Position numbers and translations under genes: made by a program
NCBI GenBank assembly: GCA_963674945.2
Contig: CAXXWQ010000004.1
Span: 1,728,001-1,792,000, forward strand
Direction of reading: 5' to 3'
DNA from: an uncultured Desulfosarcina sp.
GTDB lineage: Bacteria; Desulfobacterota; Desulfobacteria; Desulfobacterales; Desulfosarcinaceae
Length of the DNA stretch: 64,000 nt
In this document: piece after piece, positions 30,441 through 39,941 of the stretch
Layout of the letters: each line of letters starts with the position of its first letter
How positions within the stretch are numbered: position 1 is the first letter of the stretch
Notes under the pieces: model-generated
The model's database searches: none
What the model was told of the DNA's origin: nothing
Seen by the model: only the letters and a program-made list of their open reading frames with translations

Positions 30441-31949
30441 ATGAATCGACGCCTATACGCCCCCGTCGTTATTATGATCGGTCTGGCCAGCGCCCAGATC
30501 GTCGGTACCGCCCACGTCTACCTGTCCAACCTGGAGCTGTTGCAAACGACCGAAGCGATCATGCGATCCGGCTATCTGCCGATACCCAATCACCATGTGA
30601 CGATGCAGTTGAACCGGATCGCGACAGCAATGGCCGGCGGTATCTTTTTTACCCTGAGCATCGGCACCGGACTATCGCTGGCCATGCTGATCGCCATATG
30701 GTTGTGGGACCGGGTAAGCAGGCGCAACCGGATGGTGACGATCCCATTCTTTCTCCTGTGGGCCGCCGGGATCTGGATCATCAACGACAATGGATGGAAT
30801 CCGATGGCGACCGCCTATGTGGTGGTCGTGCCGGCAATCACCGGCATTGCCGCCATACGGCTCCTGCCGGAACGCACCACACTTGTCTCCCCCATCAGCA
30901 TAGTGGTCTGGCCCATCACCACCGCCCTTGTTTTGGCACTGTTGTGGGGGCTGGTATTTGACCGCCACATGTTTATCCATATTCGCGATCATCTGCTCCT
31001 ATCCAACCGGATCGGCCGGGCCATCACCGAGGCATACTACCGGTACACCCTTTACCCGGCCGAAGCGTTCAAATCCCTTTCACAAAAACAGTTGCGAACC
31101 TGCTTTCTGGGCGAAGGTCTCGACCCTGAAAAACGGCATCGCATGGAACGGTCCGTCCGCACCCGCGACTATCTCCCCCTTCCAGCCGGTGAAACCGTTG
31201 ATCTGACGATCGACGTGGATGGAGAAAACGAAAATATTTATCTGTCGCACCAGGGCCGGACCGTATTGACCTTCACCGAGAAACAATGGTTCGCGAATCC
31301 CTCCGGTGCCCTTGCGTCCTATTCGCGACACCAGGATAAAAATCAAATCTTTCGCAGGCTGACCCTGGGGGGCCTGTTGATCGGCTTTCCCCTGGTCCTG
31401 TTCACCCTCGTTTACAGCACGGTGGTCTCGCTGCCCAACCTGTTTTTACCGGAAGCCACCTCGGACATCATTGCTGCAATCCTGTGCCTGGGTATCGGCG
31501 TGATGCTCCTCGTCCCCGTCTATAAGGGCCATACCAATACGTTTTTACCGGATACCCTGCCCCATGCCCTCACCGCACCTTCGACCGGAACCCGCGTCGC
31601 CGCCTTGCGACAGGCGTATGACGAAAGGCAGGATATCGCGTTGGCGGCCAAGGCCCATGAAATCGAAAGGAGCCCTTTCGTCGCCGAACGCTATTGGCTG
31701 GCAAGAAGCCTTGCCTACGCCAGGGCGCCGGAAGCGCGGGCCATGTTGGGCACCCTCGCCGATGATCCCGTCCCCCTCGTGGTCTGTCAGGCCATGTGGG
31801 CCATGGGAGAGCGCAAAGACCGGAAAATGGTGCCGATCATCATGCAGCGGATCAAATCTTCCCCCCACTGGTATATACAAATGTACGGTTATCGGGCCCT
31901 AAGGAGACTTGGATGGGTACAACCCAGATCACGACAACTTTCCTACTGA
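30441..31949 (+). CDS. Multi-TM membrane protein with C-terminal HEAT-like repeats
   Basis: Several hydrophobic helices; RVAALR, ERYWLARSL, LADDPVPLVVCQAMWAMG; start uncertain. Confidence 0.7.
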   Translation: MNRRLYAPVVIMIGLASAQIVGTAHVYLSNLELLQTTEAIMRSGYLPIPNHHVTMQLNRIATAMAGGIFFTLSIGTGLSLAMLIAIWLWDRVSRRNRMVTIPFFLLWAAGIWIINDNGWNPMATAYVVVVPAITGIAAIRLLPERTTLVSPISIVVWPITTALVLALLWGLVFDRHMFIHIRDHLLLSNRIGRAITEAYYRYTLYPAEAFKSLSQKQLRTCFLGEGLDPEKRHRMERSVRTRDYLPLPAGETVDLTIDVDGENENIYLSHQGRTVLTFTEKQWFANPSGALASYSRHQDKNQIFRRLTLGGLLIGFPLVLFTLVYSTVVSLPNLFLPEATSDIIAAILCLGIGVMLLVPVYKGHTNTFLPDTLPHALTAPSTGTRVAALRQAYDERQDIALAAKAHEIERSPFVAERYWLARSLAYARAPEARAMLGTLADDPVPLVVCQAMWAMGERKDRKMVPIIMQRIKSSPHWYIQMYGYRALRRLGWVQPRSRQLSY

Positions 31950-32596
31950 CATCGCTGTCCGGTGTGGTCTTTCTTGAACTCATGGGCGGCTATCTGGCCA
32001 ATCGGGGGATGATTCCCCGCATGGAATTGATCGGCGCTCTTCGCGCGAGTCAAGCGCTGGTCGTGTCCCTGCTTGCCGTGGTTCAGACCGGCGGCATGGG
32101 GGTGCTGGGACTGGGAAAGAAAAAATTGTTTTATGGACTAAAACAAGGAATGATTTGGTCTTTCGGGTTTGCAATCGTTGCAGGCTTGATGTTCATTGGA
32201 TTTCTATTAGCAGACCAGAACCCACTGAAACTAGTTCATAGCAGATCGCCAACTGGACTGTTTACCAAAACTTTGTTTTTTGTCGTTGGCGGTGTAATTG
32301 CACCGGTAGCAGAAGAGATAGTCTTTAGAGGCCTGATTTTTGGCTATCTACGTCAAATGTTTAAACACGAGCTTTTTGGCTATCTACGCCACTGGAATGT
32401 GGTCTTGGCAGTTTTGGTCTCCACCGCCCTATTTGCAATCATTCATTTTAGAACGGCAATCCCCATCACACAGATCGTCGGCGGCATGGTGTTCGCCCTG
32501 GCCTATCACAAGACGGGAAGCTTGATCGCACCCATGGTCATCCACATGCTGGGGAACCTGGCCATTTTTACACTCTCCCTGCCCTTATTTTCCTGA
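31913..32596 (+). CDS. CPBP (CAAX/Abi) intramembrane metalloprotease
   Basis: APVAEEIVFRG, FAIIH, HMLGN. Confidence 0.9.
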   Translation: MGTTQITTTFLLTSLSGVVFLELMGGYLANRGMIPRMELIGALRASQALVVSLLAVVQTGGMGVLGLGKKKLFYGLKQGMIWSFGFAIVAGLMFIGFLLADQNPLKLVHSRSPTGLFTKTLFFVVGGVIAPVAEEIVFRGLIFGYLRQMFKHELFGYLRHWNVVLAVLVSTALFAIIHFRTAIPITQIVGGMVFALAYHKTGSLIAPMVIHMLGNLAIFTLSLPLFS

Positions 32597-32938
32597 CGGT
32601 CAAAGTGACTCCATCCGACATCTGCTGATCTGATGGAACAATTGAGGAACGATGGAAGAGGGCTGAAAAGGAATGCGCTTGTCGTCCCTGGTCCCGCATC
32701 CGTCGTCCTTCCTTTTAAATTCATTGAATAAATGGAAACAGACCGTATTTTTGCATACAGCATGATGAAAATGCAGTACCCCCATATTGGCTGACACGGC
32801 TTGACAGTTTCGGACCGTTTTTATAGATAGTAAGCTCCATGGAAAAGTCAATTCGTCGTCCGGGCAGTACAAGGACCGGATAACGGATAAAAACCGGCCG
32901 CGTTCCACAAAACCGTCGGCCTTACCCTAACCAAGTTC

Positions 32939-33697
32939 GTGAAAAAAATGGGAACCGAGAAAAAAAACCGTCATACCGGACTGGCCACCTTGTTCGACGG
33001 GGTGGAACTAAAAAGTTTTTTCATCAATTACCTGTGGTTCATCATCGCCGTGGAGATCCTGATCTTCCTCGTCAGCTTCCTGGGCAACCTGGGTCCCGAT
33101 AAGGGCCCCTTTCCGTGGAAGTTCTATTTTTATGTCTCCTTTATCACGCCGGTGGCCATTACCTTCCTGCTGGGCGTGTTCATCCTGGCATTCAACCAGT
33201 TCATTTTCGGAGACAAGGAGGTCTCGGGAGAGGACGACGGCCAGAGTGAACAGACGGATGACAACCGGTCGAAGCTGTTTCGACTCAACCTGTTCCTCAC
33301 CCACATGAAGAAGGTGCCGTTTCTGCCGGTCCTGTTTGCACTCGTTGCCTGCGGGGTGCTGTTTTACAAACTGGACGCCATCTTTCTCTTCCTCTTCAAC
33401 GCCGGCGAGAAAATGGTCACCTATGTCCTTATTGCATGTGGCGCCCTTTTGGTGGCAGGCCTGATCTTCGGCATCGCCTGGATCATCAGCAACTACAGGC
33501 TGAGCAAACGGCACATGGAGCACCAGTATCGCTACCGAAACGACGTGATGGACAAGCTGGGGTTCCTGATCATGGATGACGACACGGTGATCGACAAGGA
33601 CGGTAAGCTGATCAGCCAGAAACAGCAGCTCCTGCCGGAGAGTCACCAGACATCCAAGGAACGGGAAACGTTGAAGATCATGCCGCCTTCCAAATGA
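32939..33697 (+). CDS. Hypothetical membrane protein
   Basis: About four TM segments, host-like codon use. Confidence 0.75.
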   Translation: MKKMGTEKKNRHTGLATLFDGVELKSFFINYLWFIIAVEILIFLVSFLGNLGPDKGPFPWKFYFYVSFITPVAITFLLGVFILAFNQFIFGDKEVSGEDDGQSEQTDDNRSKLFRLNLFLTHMKKVPFLPVLFALVACGVLFYKLDAIFLFLFNAGEKMVTYVLIACGALLVAGLIFGIAWIISNYRLSKRHMEHQYRYRNDVMDKLGFLIMDDDTVIDKDGKLISQKQQLLPESHQTSKERETLKIMPPSK

Positions 33698-33740
33698 ATC
33701 TGCCGAAACTTGATCGCCCCAGTGGGAAAGCCGGTCCTTC

Positions 33741-34610
33741 GTGAATCCTGTCGCCGTTACCATCTTTATCGGAATGATCCTGACGATCGTGGTCTACTCG
33801 GTAATGGATCTCACCGGTATCATGGGACAGCTGGGCCGCTTCGGTCCGGTGCTTCCCCTGATCGCCATCGTCTGGCTCATGTACGGTGTCTACAGGGGAG
33901 TCAAATACCTCAAGCGCCGTGCCGCGCGGATTCATATCAAAGGTCCGCTTTACATGCGCTCTTTGATGAACGGCTGCCTCGAACGAACCTGCGGAACTGT
34001 GGAAAAACACATCAACACGCCGCATCTGGCATCTGCGACGATATTCAATGCCATCTTGCTGGACAAAATGCTGTACATCAGTTCCACGGACGGTCTTCGA
34101 TTCACCGAAATTCGCCGCAAAATCGAAAACAGCCGACTGAAAGGCACCGAAGGTCTGGCATTGGCATGTTTCTTTCAGACCGGGACCGAATATCACAAGC
34201 GCCCGCTGCCCGACGAGATTCGGCATGTGTCCGAGATGGTATCCCGCAACCGGTCGGATCTGAGAGAACCGTTGGAACGATTGAAGGATACCCACCGAAA
34301 CCTGTGCACGGGAGCCGGAGACATTCTATCCCTTCTGCCGCCGGATGAAAAACGGATGGAGAAACTACGTGCCACCCACCGCTACCGTCCCCCCTCCCAT
34401 CAACGTGCCCGCCGGATGATCTTCGCACTGGAAACACTGGCCTACCTGCGCGCCATTCGCTATGAAAACGTGAATCCATTGGACCGGCACCGATACGAAT
34501 CCGTGGCCGACCAGGTGATTCCCAAACTGGCGGAAGCCCTGAAAGCCTATCGTCAGGCATGGCAAAATTTGGTGGATGCCTACGAACTGCCCGAAAGTGA
34601 ACGGCCATAG
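33741..34610 (+). CDS. Hypothetical protein with two N-terminal TM helices; the native 5' end may be frameshifted from ATG 33694
   Basis: 289-aa ORF from GTG; see the related finding. Confidence 0.65.
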   Translation: MNPVAVTIFIGMILTIVVYSVMDLTGIMGQLGRFGPVLPLIAIVWLMYGVYRGVKYLKRRAARIHIKGPLYMRSLMNGCLERTCGTVEKHINTPHLASATIFNAILLDKMLYISSTDGLRFTEIRRKIENSRLKGTEGLALACFFQTGTEYHKRPLPDEIRHVSEMVSRNRSDLREPLERLKDTHRNLCTGAGDILSLLPPDEKRMEKLRATHRYRPPSHQRARRMIFALETLAYLRAIRYENVNPLDRHRYESVADQVIPKLAEALKAYRQAWQNLVDAYELPESERP

Positions 34611-34733
34611 TAGATTAACGACCTCGAACTTGTACATATCGTGTTTATATTATTTTCCATAGCTACTGCCGACATGCCATTTCAGAAATGGAGACAATTT
34701 CGGCAAAAAAATAATGCAAAAAGGAGCAAGGCC

Positions 34734-34883
34734 ATGGAAAATAATAATATCAAGCCCAACGAGAAAGAGTGCATCAGCCAGTGCATTATGAAACACTGGT
34801 CCGGATCGGACAAACGGGACGACAATCGGGATGAACGTTATGATAAGTGCCTGACAAATTGCGACATCTGCGGTTCGGCCTGA
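34734..34883 (+). CDS. Small Cys-rich protein (49 aa)
   Basis: RBS AAGGAG; CISQC...CLTNCDIC. Confidence 0.6.
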   Translation: MENNNIKPNEKECISQCIMKHWSGSDKRDDNRDERYDKCLTNCDICGSA

Positions 34884-34942
34884 TTATTCGATCCATCGCC
34901 GAACCCGAAAGAAGTCAGGCTCGGGTTTTTCCTAATGAAAAA

Positions 34943-34983
34943 AGCAAAGCCCCTCTGGTCTTAGAGATCAGGGGGGCTTGTTT
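34943..34983. terminator. Probable bidirectional intrinsic terminator
   Basis: AAGCCCCTCTGGTCT-tag-AGATCAGGGGGGCTT hairpin between convergent genes. Confidence 0.65.
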
Positions 34984-34985
34984 GA

Positions 34986-35936
34986 CTATTGATTGTGAAA
35001 CACACCGAATCGCTTTAAGCTTTGGGCCGGCCAGTAGATATAGTCCAAGCGGCCCTTGATGTCAGACAGGGGAATGGGTCCGAGATAGCGGCTGTCCCCG
35101 AAGTTTTCCCCATGATTGCCCTTCCATTGACGGTTGTCCGCAAGAACGAAGCATCGGCCGTGGGGAACGACGACCTCGGCCATATCGTCCAACGGTTCAG
35201 GACCGACGATGATGGGATAGCTCCCATTGTCGCTTTCCTCCATCACAATCTTGGCACCCGGCGGAAGATCAAGATTCATCTGCGATTCTGTGTCCATCTC
35301 CTTTTGGGGAAGCGGACGGCCGTTGATGTGGACCACGCCGTCTCGAATGGCCACGCGCTCGCCGGGAAGGCCCACGATCCGCTTCATATAGAAGAGCCGA
35401 CGATCATCAGGGTAGACGAAGATTACCACGTCTCCGCGTTGGGGCCGGTGGAGTCTATACCTGGTTTTGTTGAGCAGCACCCGGTCGCCGGGCAGTATGG
35501 CCGGTGCCATGCTGGTCGTAGGAATCTTGAACGCCTGCAGGACGTTGTCCCGGATGCTCGAGGCCAGATTGGTGGGATAGGTCAACGCCACCACGATAAA
35601 CAGCAGGTAGACATACCACCGGTTGTACTCCTTTGGCCGATAGTCGCTGCCGATTTTTCTGGCCAGCAGGCCGGCATCCACCAGGGCATACAAAAACACC
35701 CCCAGCAGCAACAGCAACGATAGGATCACCACCGAGAGCATGAGAGGCGATGCCGCATTCTGGGCGGCAAACACCACGATGGGGGCAAAGGCGAAGCCGG
35801 CGAAAAAGAGGATCAGCCCTTTCAACAATCGGCCGCAGTAAACGTGGCCCAAGCCGGTGGCGGCAACCGAGAGGAGAACCGCCAGAACCGGACGACGGGT
35901 TTGACTGGCCGATACCGGTGTCGATAGCATATTCAT
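34986..35936 (-). CDS. lepB: Signal peptidase I with a multi-TM N-terminal extension
   Basis: AFKIPTTSMAP (catalytic Ser), RGDVVIF, YMKRIVGLPGE (catalytic Lys), DNR...DSRYLG. Confidence 0.9.
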   Translation of the reverse strand: MNMLSTPVSASQTRRPVLAVLLSVAATGLGHVYCGRLLKGLILFFAGFAFAPIVVFAAQNAASPLMLSVVILSLLLLLGVFLYALVDAGLLARKIGSDYRPKEYNRWYVYLLFIVVALTYPTNLASSIRDNVLQAFKIPTTSMAPAILPGDRVLLNKTRYRLHRPQRGDVVIFVYPDDRRLFYMKRIVGLPGERVAIRDGVVHINGRPLPQKEMDTESQMNLDLPPGAKIVMEESDNGSYPIIVGPEPLDDMAEVVVPHGRCFVLADNRQWKGNHGENFGDSRYLGPIPLSDIKGRLDYIYWPAQSLKRFGVFHNQ

Positions 35937-36043
35937 GTATTCCTCCTTTTAAAAAGCTTTTCCCATCTTACCCATGGGCAAAATAACGTAAGAGTGTATT
36001 TCTTCAGCGATACGGTTTGCCATCTTTGACCTGGAAAAGCGTT

Positions 36044-36331
36044 TTATGGCATGGCCAGATGCGGCCGACACAAATTGATGACGATATACAGGATGCGAAA
36101 CAGACCCAGCAGCGCCAATCCCCATGCCGTGGCCCATCGCAAAAGACGGCTCGAAAATGTTATGTCATCGGACGGCGTGTCACGGGCCGGTTCGACCTTT
36201 CGGGCCTGGATCTCGGCCATGACACCGGCGCTGAAATCCCCGGGAACCGCCACACTCCTGCGATTTTGCTTCCATTTATGGATCATCTTCTCTCTATCCA
36301 TGATCATCGTTCCTATTTTGTTATTCATCAA
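36044..36331 (-). CDS. Putative membrane-anchored anti-sigma factor
   Basis: Overlaps the ECF sigma gene; PGDFSAGVMAEI motif followed by a TM helix. Confidence 0.65.
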   Translation of the reverse strand: MMNNKIGTMIMDREKMIHKWKQNRRSVAVPGDFSAGVMAEIQARKVEPARDTPSDDITFSSRLLRWATAWGLALLGLFRILYIVINLCRPHLAMP

Positions 36332-36848
36332 GCACCCTGCGAAGCCTTTCTTTTGCGCGGGAAAGACGTGATTTCACCGTTCCCAGGGCCAAATTCTCCA
36401 CCTGGGCGATCTGTTTGTAGGAGAGCCCCTCCAGTTCCGCCATCACGAAAATCACCCGTTCCCGAAACGGGAGTCGCGCGAATGCCTCGTCCAATCGTTT
36501 GAATGTCTCTTTTTCCAGCAAGTCGTCCGATGGTGTGCGCTCGTCCACTCTTTCCGGCATTTTCTCAAGCAAAAGTTCCCGTCTTTTTTTCTTCTCATTG
36601 AGCACCCGGTTTCTGGCAATCCGATAGATCCAGGTACGAAAAGATGCCCGCTGGGGATCGAAACCGGCAATATGGGCGAAGGCGGAAACGAAGATGTCCT
36701 GCACCAGATCCTCTGCGATGGAACCATCCACCAGATTGGCCACGAAGCGAAACAGCGGTCCCTGGTATTTGTGCACCAGTTGTTCGAACGCTCGTACATT
36801 ACCCGCTTGTATTCGGGAGATGACCGCGTTTTCTTCGTGTATTTCCAT
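36321..36848 (-). CDS. ECF sigma-70 factor
   Basis: AEDLVQDIF, FRTWIYRIARN, EGLSYKQIA...GTVKSRLSRAK. Confidence 0.93.
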   Translation of the reverse strand: MEIHEENAVISRIQAGNVRAFEQLVHKYQGPLFRFVANLVDGSIAEDLVQDIFVSAFAHIAGFDPQRASFRTWIYRIARNRVLNEKKKRRELLLEKMPERVDERTPSDDLLEKETFKRLDEAFARLPFRERVIFVMAELEGLSYKQIAQVENLALGTVKSRLSRAKERLRRVLDE

Positions 36849-37309
36849 ACAAGACGCCTTATTCGACGCTGGGCGTTGGTTTAATTAACTGCAATCATCG
36901 GCGTGAAGGGACACCCGAGGCGACAATTGATCTTTGAATTCATGCCATTTTTCCATTGTATCTGCTTCGAAGGATGCAAAAAAGGCATCGGAAAAGGCGG
37001 CTTTATTTCCCACCTCCAGTAAAAATTCGCGAAATTGTCGGGGATAGGGGCATATTGGCGCGCCTCGACTTTTTCGATGGCCGTATCCAAACAATCGGCA
37101 ACCGCCTTTAATTTTTTTAGTTTTAAATGATTATACAATCGAAAGGCGGAAAGGTTCCCAAAAAATTAAACAATACTATCTCGGTAAAGCTGCGCTATTT
37201 AATTGCCGGTTTAATAACTTGACATGTATCGCCAAGTGAATAGCTTACTTTTGCCTAAGATGAGCGTTTCACCCTTCTCAGGCAGGGTTGAATGAATATG
37301 TTCCATATT

Positions 37310-37329
37310 AAGAAATCAGCTGATTTCTT
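37310..37329. promoter_or_regulatory. Perfect 20-bp palindrome, candidate operator
   Basis: AAGAAATCAGCTGATTTCTT, 25 bp upstream of a small Cys-rich ORF. Confidence 0.6.
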
Positions 37330-37354
37330 TATATAATATTGGAGGTACACAAAA

Positions 37355-37522
37355 ATGAGTGATGATAAGCAAAAAACCTTATGTGCCCATATCGAAGAAG
37401 AACTGCAGGTCAAAGATCCGAAGGCCTACATCTCACTGATTAAACCGGCGACTCATTACTGTGGCGGCTGTGGACGCAGCGCCGCAAAGGCCGAAAATCT
37501 GTGTAAACCGCAAGAGCTGTAA
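37355..37522 (+). CDS. Small Cys/His-rich putative metal-binding protein (55 aa), not in the ORF track
   Basis: RBS GGAGG; MSDDKQKTLCAHIEEELQVKDPKAYISLIKPATHYCGGCGRSAAKAENLCKPQEL; followed by a terminator. Confidence 0.75.
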   Translation: MSDDKQKTLCAHIEEELQVKDPKAYISLIKPATHYCGGCGRSAAKAENLCKPQEL

Positions 37523-37536
37523 GATATCCGGATACC

Positions 37537-37580
37537 ATCCGCCCCATTTCCTGGATCGATGGAGATGGGGCGGATTTTTT
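37537..37580 (+). terminator. Intrinsic terminator
   Basis: ATCCGCCCCATTTCC-N9-GGAGATGGGGCGGAT followed by a T run. Confidence 0.8.
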
Positions 37581-37633
37581 ATTTAATTGAATGGGTTATA
37601 AAAAGGCAGACTTGGCCGTTCTTTCATGGATGA

Positions 37634-38230
37634 TCACCGGAAATAGACTCTCAATCCGAAATTGAGGCCGAACGAGGTATACGAACTATCGGTGGTAACC
37701 ACGTCGGACACAACACCGTTATTGAATTCAAATTCTTCATCCCGGTCCGTTTCCGAATAAGCAAGACCGATGGTCGCGGCTACGTATCGATTGAAAAAGT
37801 ATTCCCAGCCGGCACCCAATGACCAGGTGGTTCCGTCGGATTCTATGCTTAAATCGTCAGAATCGCTCTCGGATCTGAAATAGCCGAGCCTTCCGGTAAG
37901 GTAGAAATTGGAGTTCTCATTGAAAGGGAAATGATAGGTGACAAAGGGGGCCAGCGAGTATGTCGTAGAATCCGAGTAGTCACTGCTCGAAAAACCGAAA
38001 CCAACAGCTCCGCCGATTTCCAGATTGTTCATAACAAGGTAACCGATTTCCACCGACGCCTGAAAGTGATCGATGTCTTCTGCACCATCCGAATCATGTT
38101 TTCCAAGAAACATGTCCGATGATCCGCCAAGTGAAATCGTTCCTTTTTCGATGGTAAAGGCATGGGCATCGACGGTGAAGAAGAAACAGGTTGCAGCAAT
38201 CGCAGTCAACAGAACAATTCGCTTCCGCAT
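37634..38230 (-). CDS. Outer-membrane beta-barrel protein (OmpA/OmpW-like)
   Basis: RBS AAGGAG, signal peptide ending AHA, alternating beta strands, C-terminal GLRVYFR. Confidence 0.85.
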   Translation of the reverse strand: MRKRIVLLTAIAATCFFFTVDAHAFTIEKGTISLGGSSDMFLGKHDSDGAEDIDHFQASVEIGYLVMNNLEIGGAVGFGFSSSDYSDSTTYSLAPFVTYHFPFNENSNFYLTGRLGYFRSESDSDDLSIESDGTTWSLGAGWEYFFNRYVAATIGLAYSETDRDEEFEFNNGVVSDVVTTDSSYTSFGLNFGLRVYFR

Positions 38231-38354
38231 TCTCGAACACTCCTTTGTTAAATGATAAATGGCAGGTCTCCTGTATTCGTGTATACTACGATGATCGATA
38301 AGAAGATCCAGAAACCGTCTCTCGATATTAAGTGGCAAGAGACGATTTCTATCA

Positions 38355-38535
38355 AGGCCAGAGGGAAAAAGCTGTATGCGTTTATACCGCGACGACCGAT
38401 AAGGCAGTCCAGATACCATCTTACAACAAGTAAACGTCACGAAACGGTTTTTGGCGAGGCCAGAGGGAGGAAGCTGTATGTGGTTATACCGCGACGACCG
38501 ATAACGAAGCCCAAAAGCCGTTTCGTGACGTTTAC
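38355..38535. repeat. Two tandem copies of a REP-like element with a 53-bp conserved core
   Basis: Cores 38355-38407 and 38457-38509 match at 47/53; the second copy is enclosed by a ~26-bp inverted repeat (38430 to 38535). Confidence 0.75.
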
Positions 38536-39698
38536 AATACCTTGCGGATGCCCCGCACCGCTTGATTGATCCTCATATTGTTCTCGATAAGGGCAAACCG
38601 CACATACTCGTCGCCGTATTCCCCGAACCCCAGCCCCGGCGAAACGGCCACCTGGGCCTCGCGGATCAGGAACTTGGAGAACTCCACGGACCCCATCTTT
38701 CGAAACTGTTCCGGGATCCTGGCCCAGACGAACATGGTGCCCTTTGGCGGCGGAATCTCCCAACCGGCCCTGGAGAGGCCGGAAATCAGGGCGTCCCGCC
38801 TCGATTGATACGTGTCACGAATCTCGGACACGCAGTCCTGGGGGCCGTTGAGGGCGATGATGGAAGCGATCTGGATCGGCTGGAAAATGCCGTAGTCCAG
38901 GTAGCTCTTGATCCGTTTCAGGGCGAAGATAGTCTCCGGATTGCCAACGCAAAACCCCACACGCCAACCGGCCATGGAGTAGCTTTTCGACATGGAGAAA
39001 AACTCCACCCCCACATCCTTGGCCCCCTTTGCCTGAAGAAAACTGGGTGCCTGATAACCGTCGAAGGTAAGATCGGCGTAGGCAAAATCATGGATCACCA
39101 TGATATCGTGTTCCTTGGCATAGTCCACCACCCGCTGGAAAAAAGTCAAATCCACCACCTCGGTGGTGGGGTTGTGGGGATAGCTGATCACCAGCACCTT
39201 GGGCCGGGGCCAGGTCTGCTTGGTGGCCTGGACCAGGTTATGGAAAAAATCCTCATCGGGTCCGGCCGGGATACCCCGAACGTCGCCACCGGAGATAATG
39301 GATGAATACGGGTGAATGGGATAGGTGGGATTGGGCACGAAGACCACGTCGCCGGGCCGGATGGTCACCAGGATCAGGTGGGACATGCCCTCCTTGACCC
39401 CGATGGTGACGATGGCCTCGGTGTCCGGATCGATGGAGACGTCGAAGCGACGCCTGTACCAGTCGCTGATGGCCATGCGCAGCTTGGTAATGCCCATGGA
39501 GGCGGAATAGCGATGGTTTCGCGGATTCTGGGATGCCTCGACGAGTTTGTCGACGATATGCTGGGGCGTGCCGATGTCCGGGTTCCCCATGCCGAGATCG
39601 ATGATGTCCTCTCCGGCATGCCGGGCATCCATCTTGATCTTGTTGACGGTGGCAAACACGTACGGCGGCAAACGGTCCAGCCTGGCGAATCTTGTCAT
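38532..39698 (-). CDS. alaC: PLP-dependent class I/II aminotransferase, AlaC-like
   Basis: [52 protein letters not shown]. Confidence 0.8.
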   Translation of the reverse strand: MTRFARLDRLPPYVFATVNKIKMDARHAGEDIIDLGMGNPDIGTPQHIVDKLVEASQNPRNHRYSASMGITKLRMAISDWYRRRFDVSIDPDTEAIVTIGVKEGMSHLILVTIRPGDVVFVPNPTYPIHPYSSIISGGDVRGIPAGPDEDFFHNLVQATKQTWPRPKVLVISYPHNPTTEVVDLTFFQRVVDYAKEHDIMVIHDFAYADLTFDGYQAPSFLQAKGAKDVGVEFFSMSKSYSMAGWRVGFCVGNPETIFALKRIKSYLDYGIFQPIQIASIIALNGPQDCVSEIRDTYQSRRDALISGLSRAGWEIPPPKGTMFVWARIPEQFRKMGSVEFSKFLIREAQVAVSPGLGFGEYGDEYVRFALIENNMRINQAVRGIRKVL

Positions 39699-39760
39699 GA
39701 AACATTCCTTGCGTGGGGGATGTTAGGAAAAAAGACGAATATTGATCTGAATTTTATGGG

Positions 39761-39789
39761 AAAATATAACAACCATGAAAAATTGTCAA
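39761..39789 (-). promoter_or_regulatory. Probable sigma70 promoter of the aminotransferase gene
   Basis: Minus strand TTGACA (39789-39784), 17 bp, then TATTTT. Confidence 0.5.
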
Positions 39790-39803
39790 AAAAATAGGGA
39801 AGC

Positions 39804-39893
39804 TGAAGCGCGGTGACATAACTCAGGCCTGAAAATTGACATAACTCTTTCCCAAAATAGTTTGATATGCTCAAACTAAATTTGATTTGACCC
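39804..39893. repeat. Candidate prophage right end with transposase-binding repeats
   Basis: TGAAGCGCGG at 39804; TGACATAACTC at 39814 and 39837; degenerate copies at 39863 and 39883. Confidence 0.65.
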
Positions 39894-39941
39894 TTCCAAG
39901 TAGGCAACGCACTCCCCAAACTGGATTATAGCGCGCCCGTA

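Noticed and set aside
33711..33713. In-frame TGA as selenocysteine
   Set aside because: No nearby in-frame start and no redox motif; a one-base frameshift explains the layout better
38355..38509. CRISPR array
   Set aside because: Only two 53-bp imperfect repeats and no cas genes in the window
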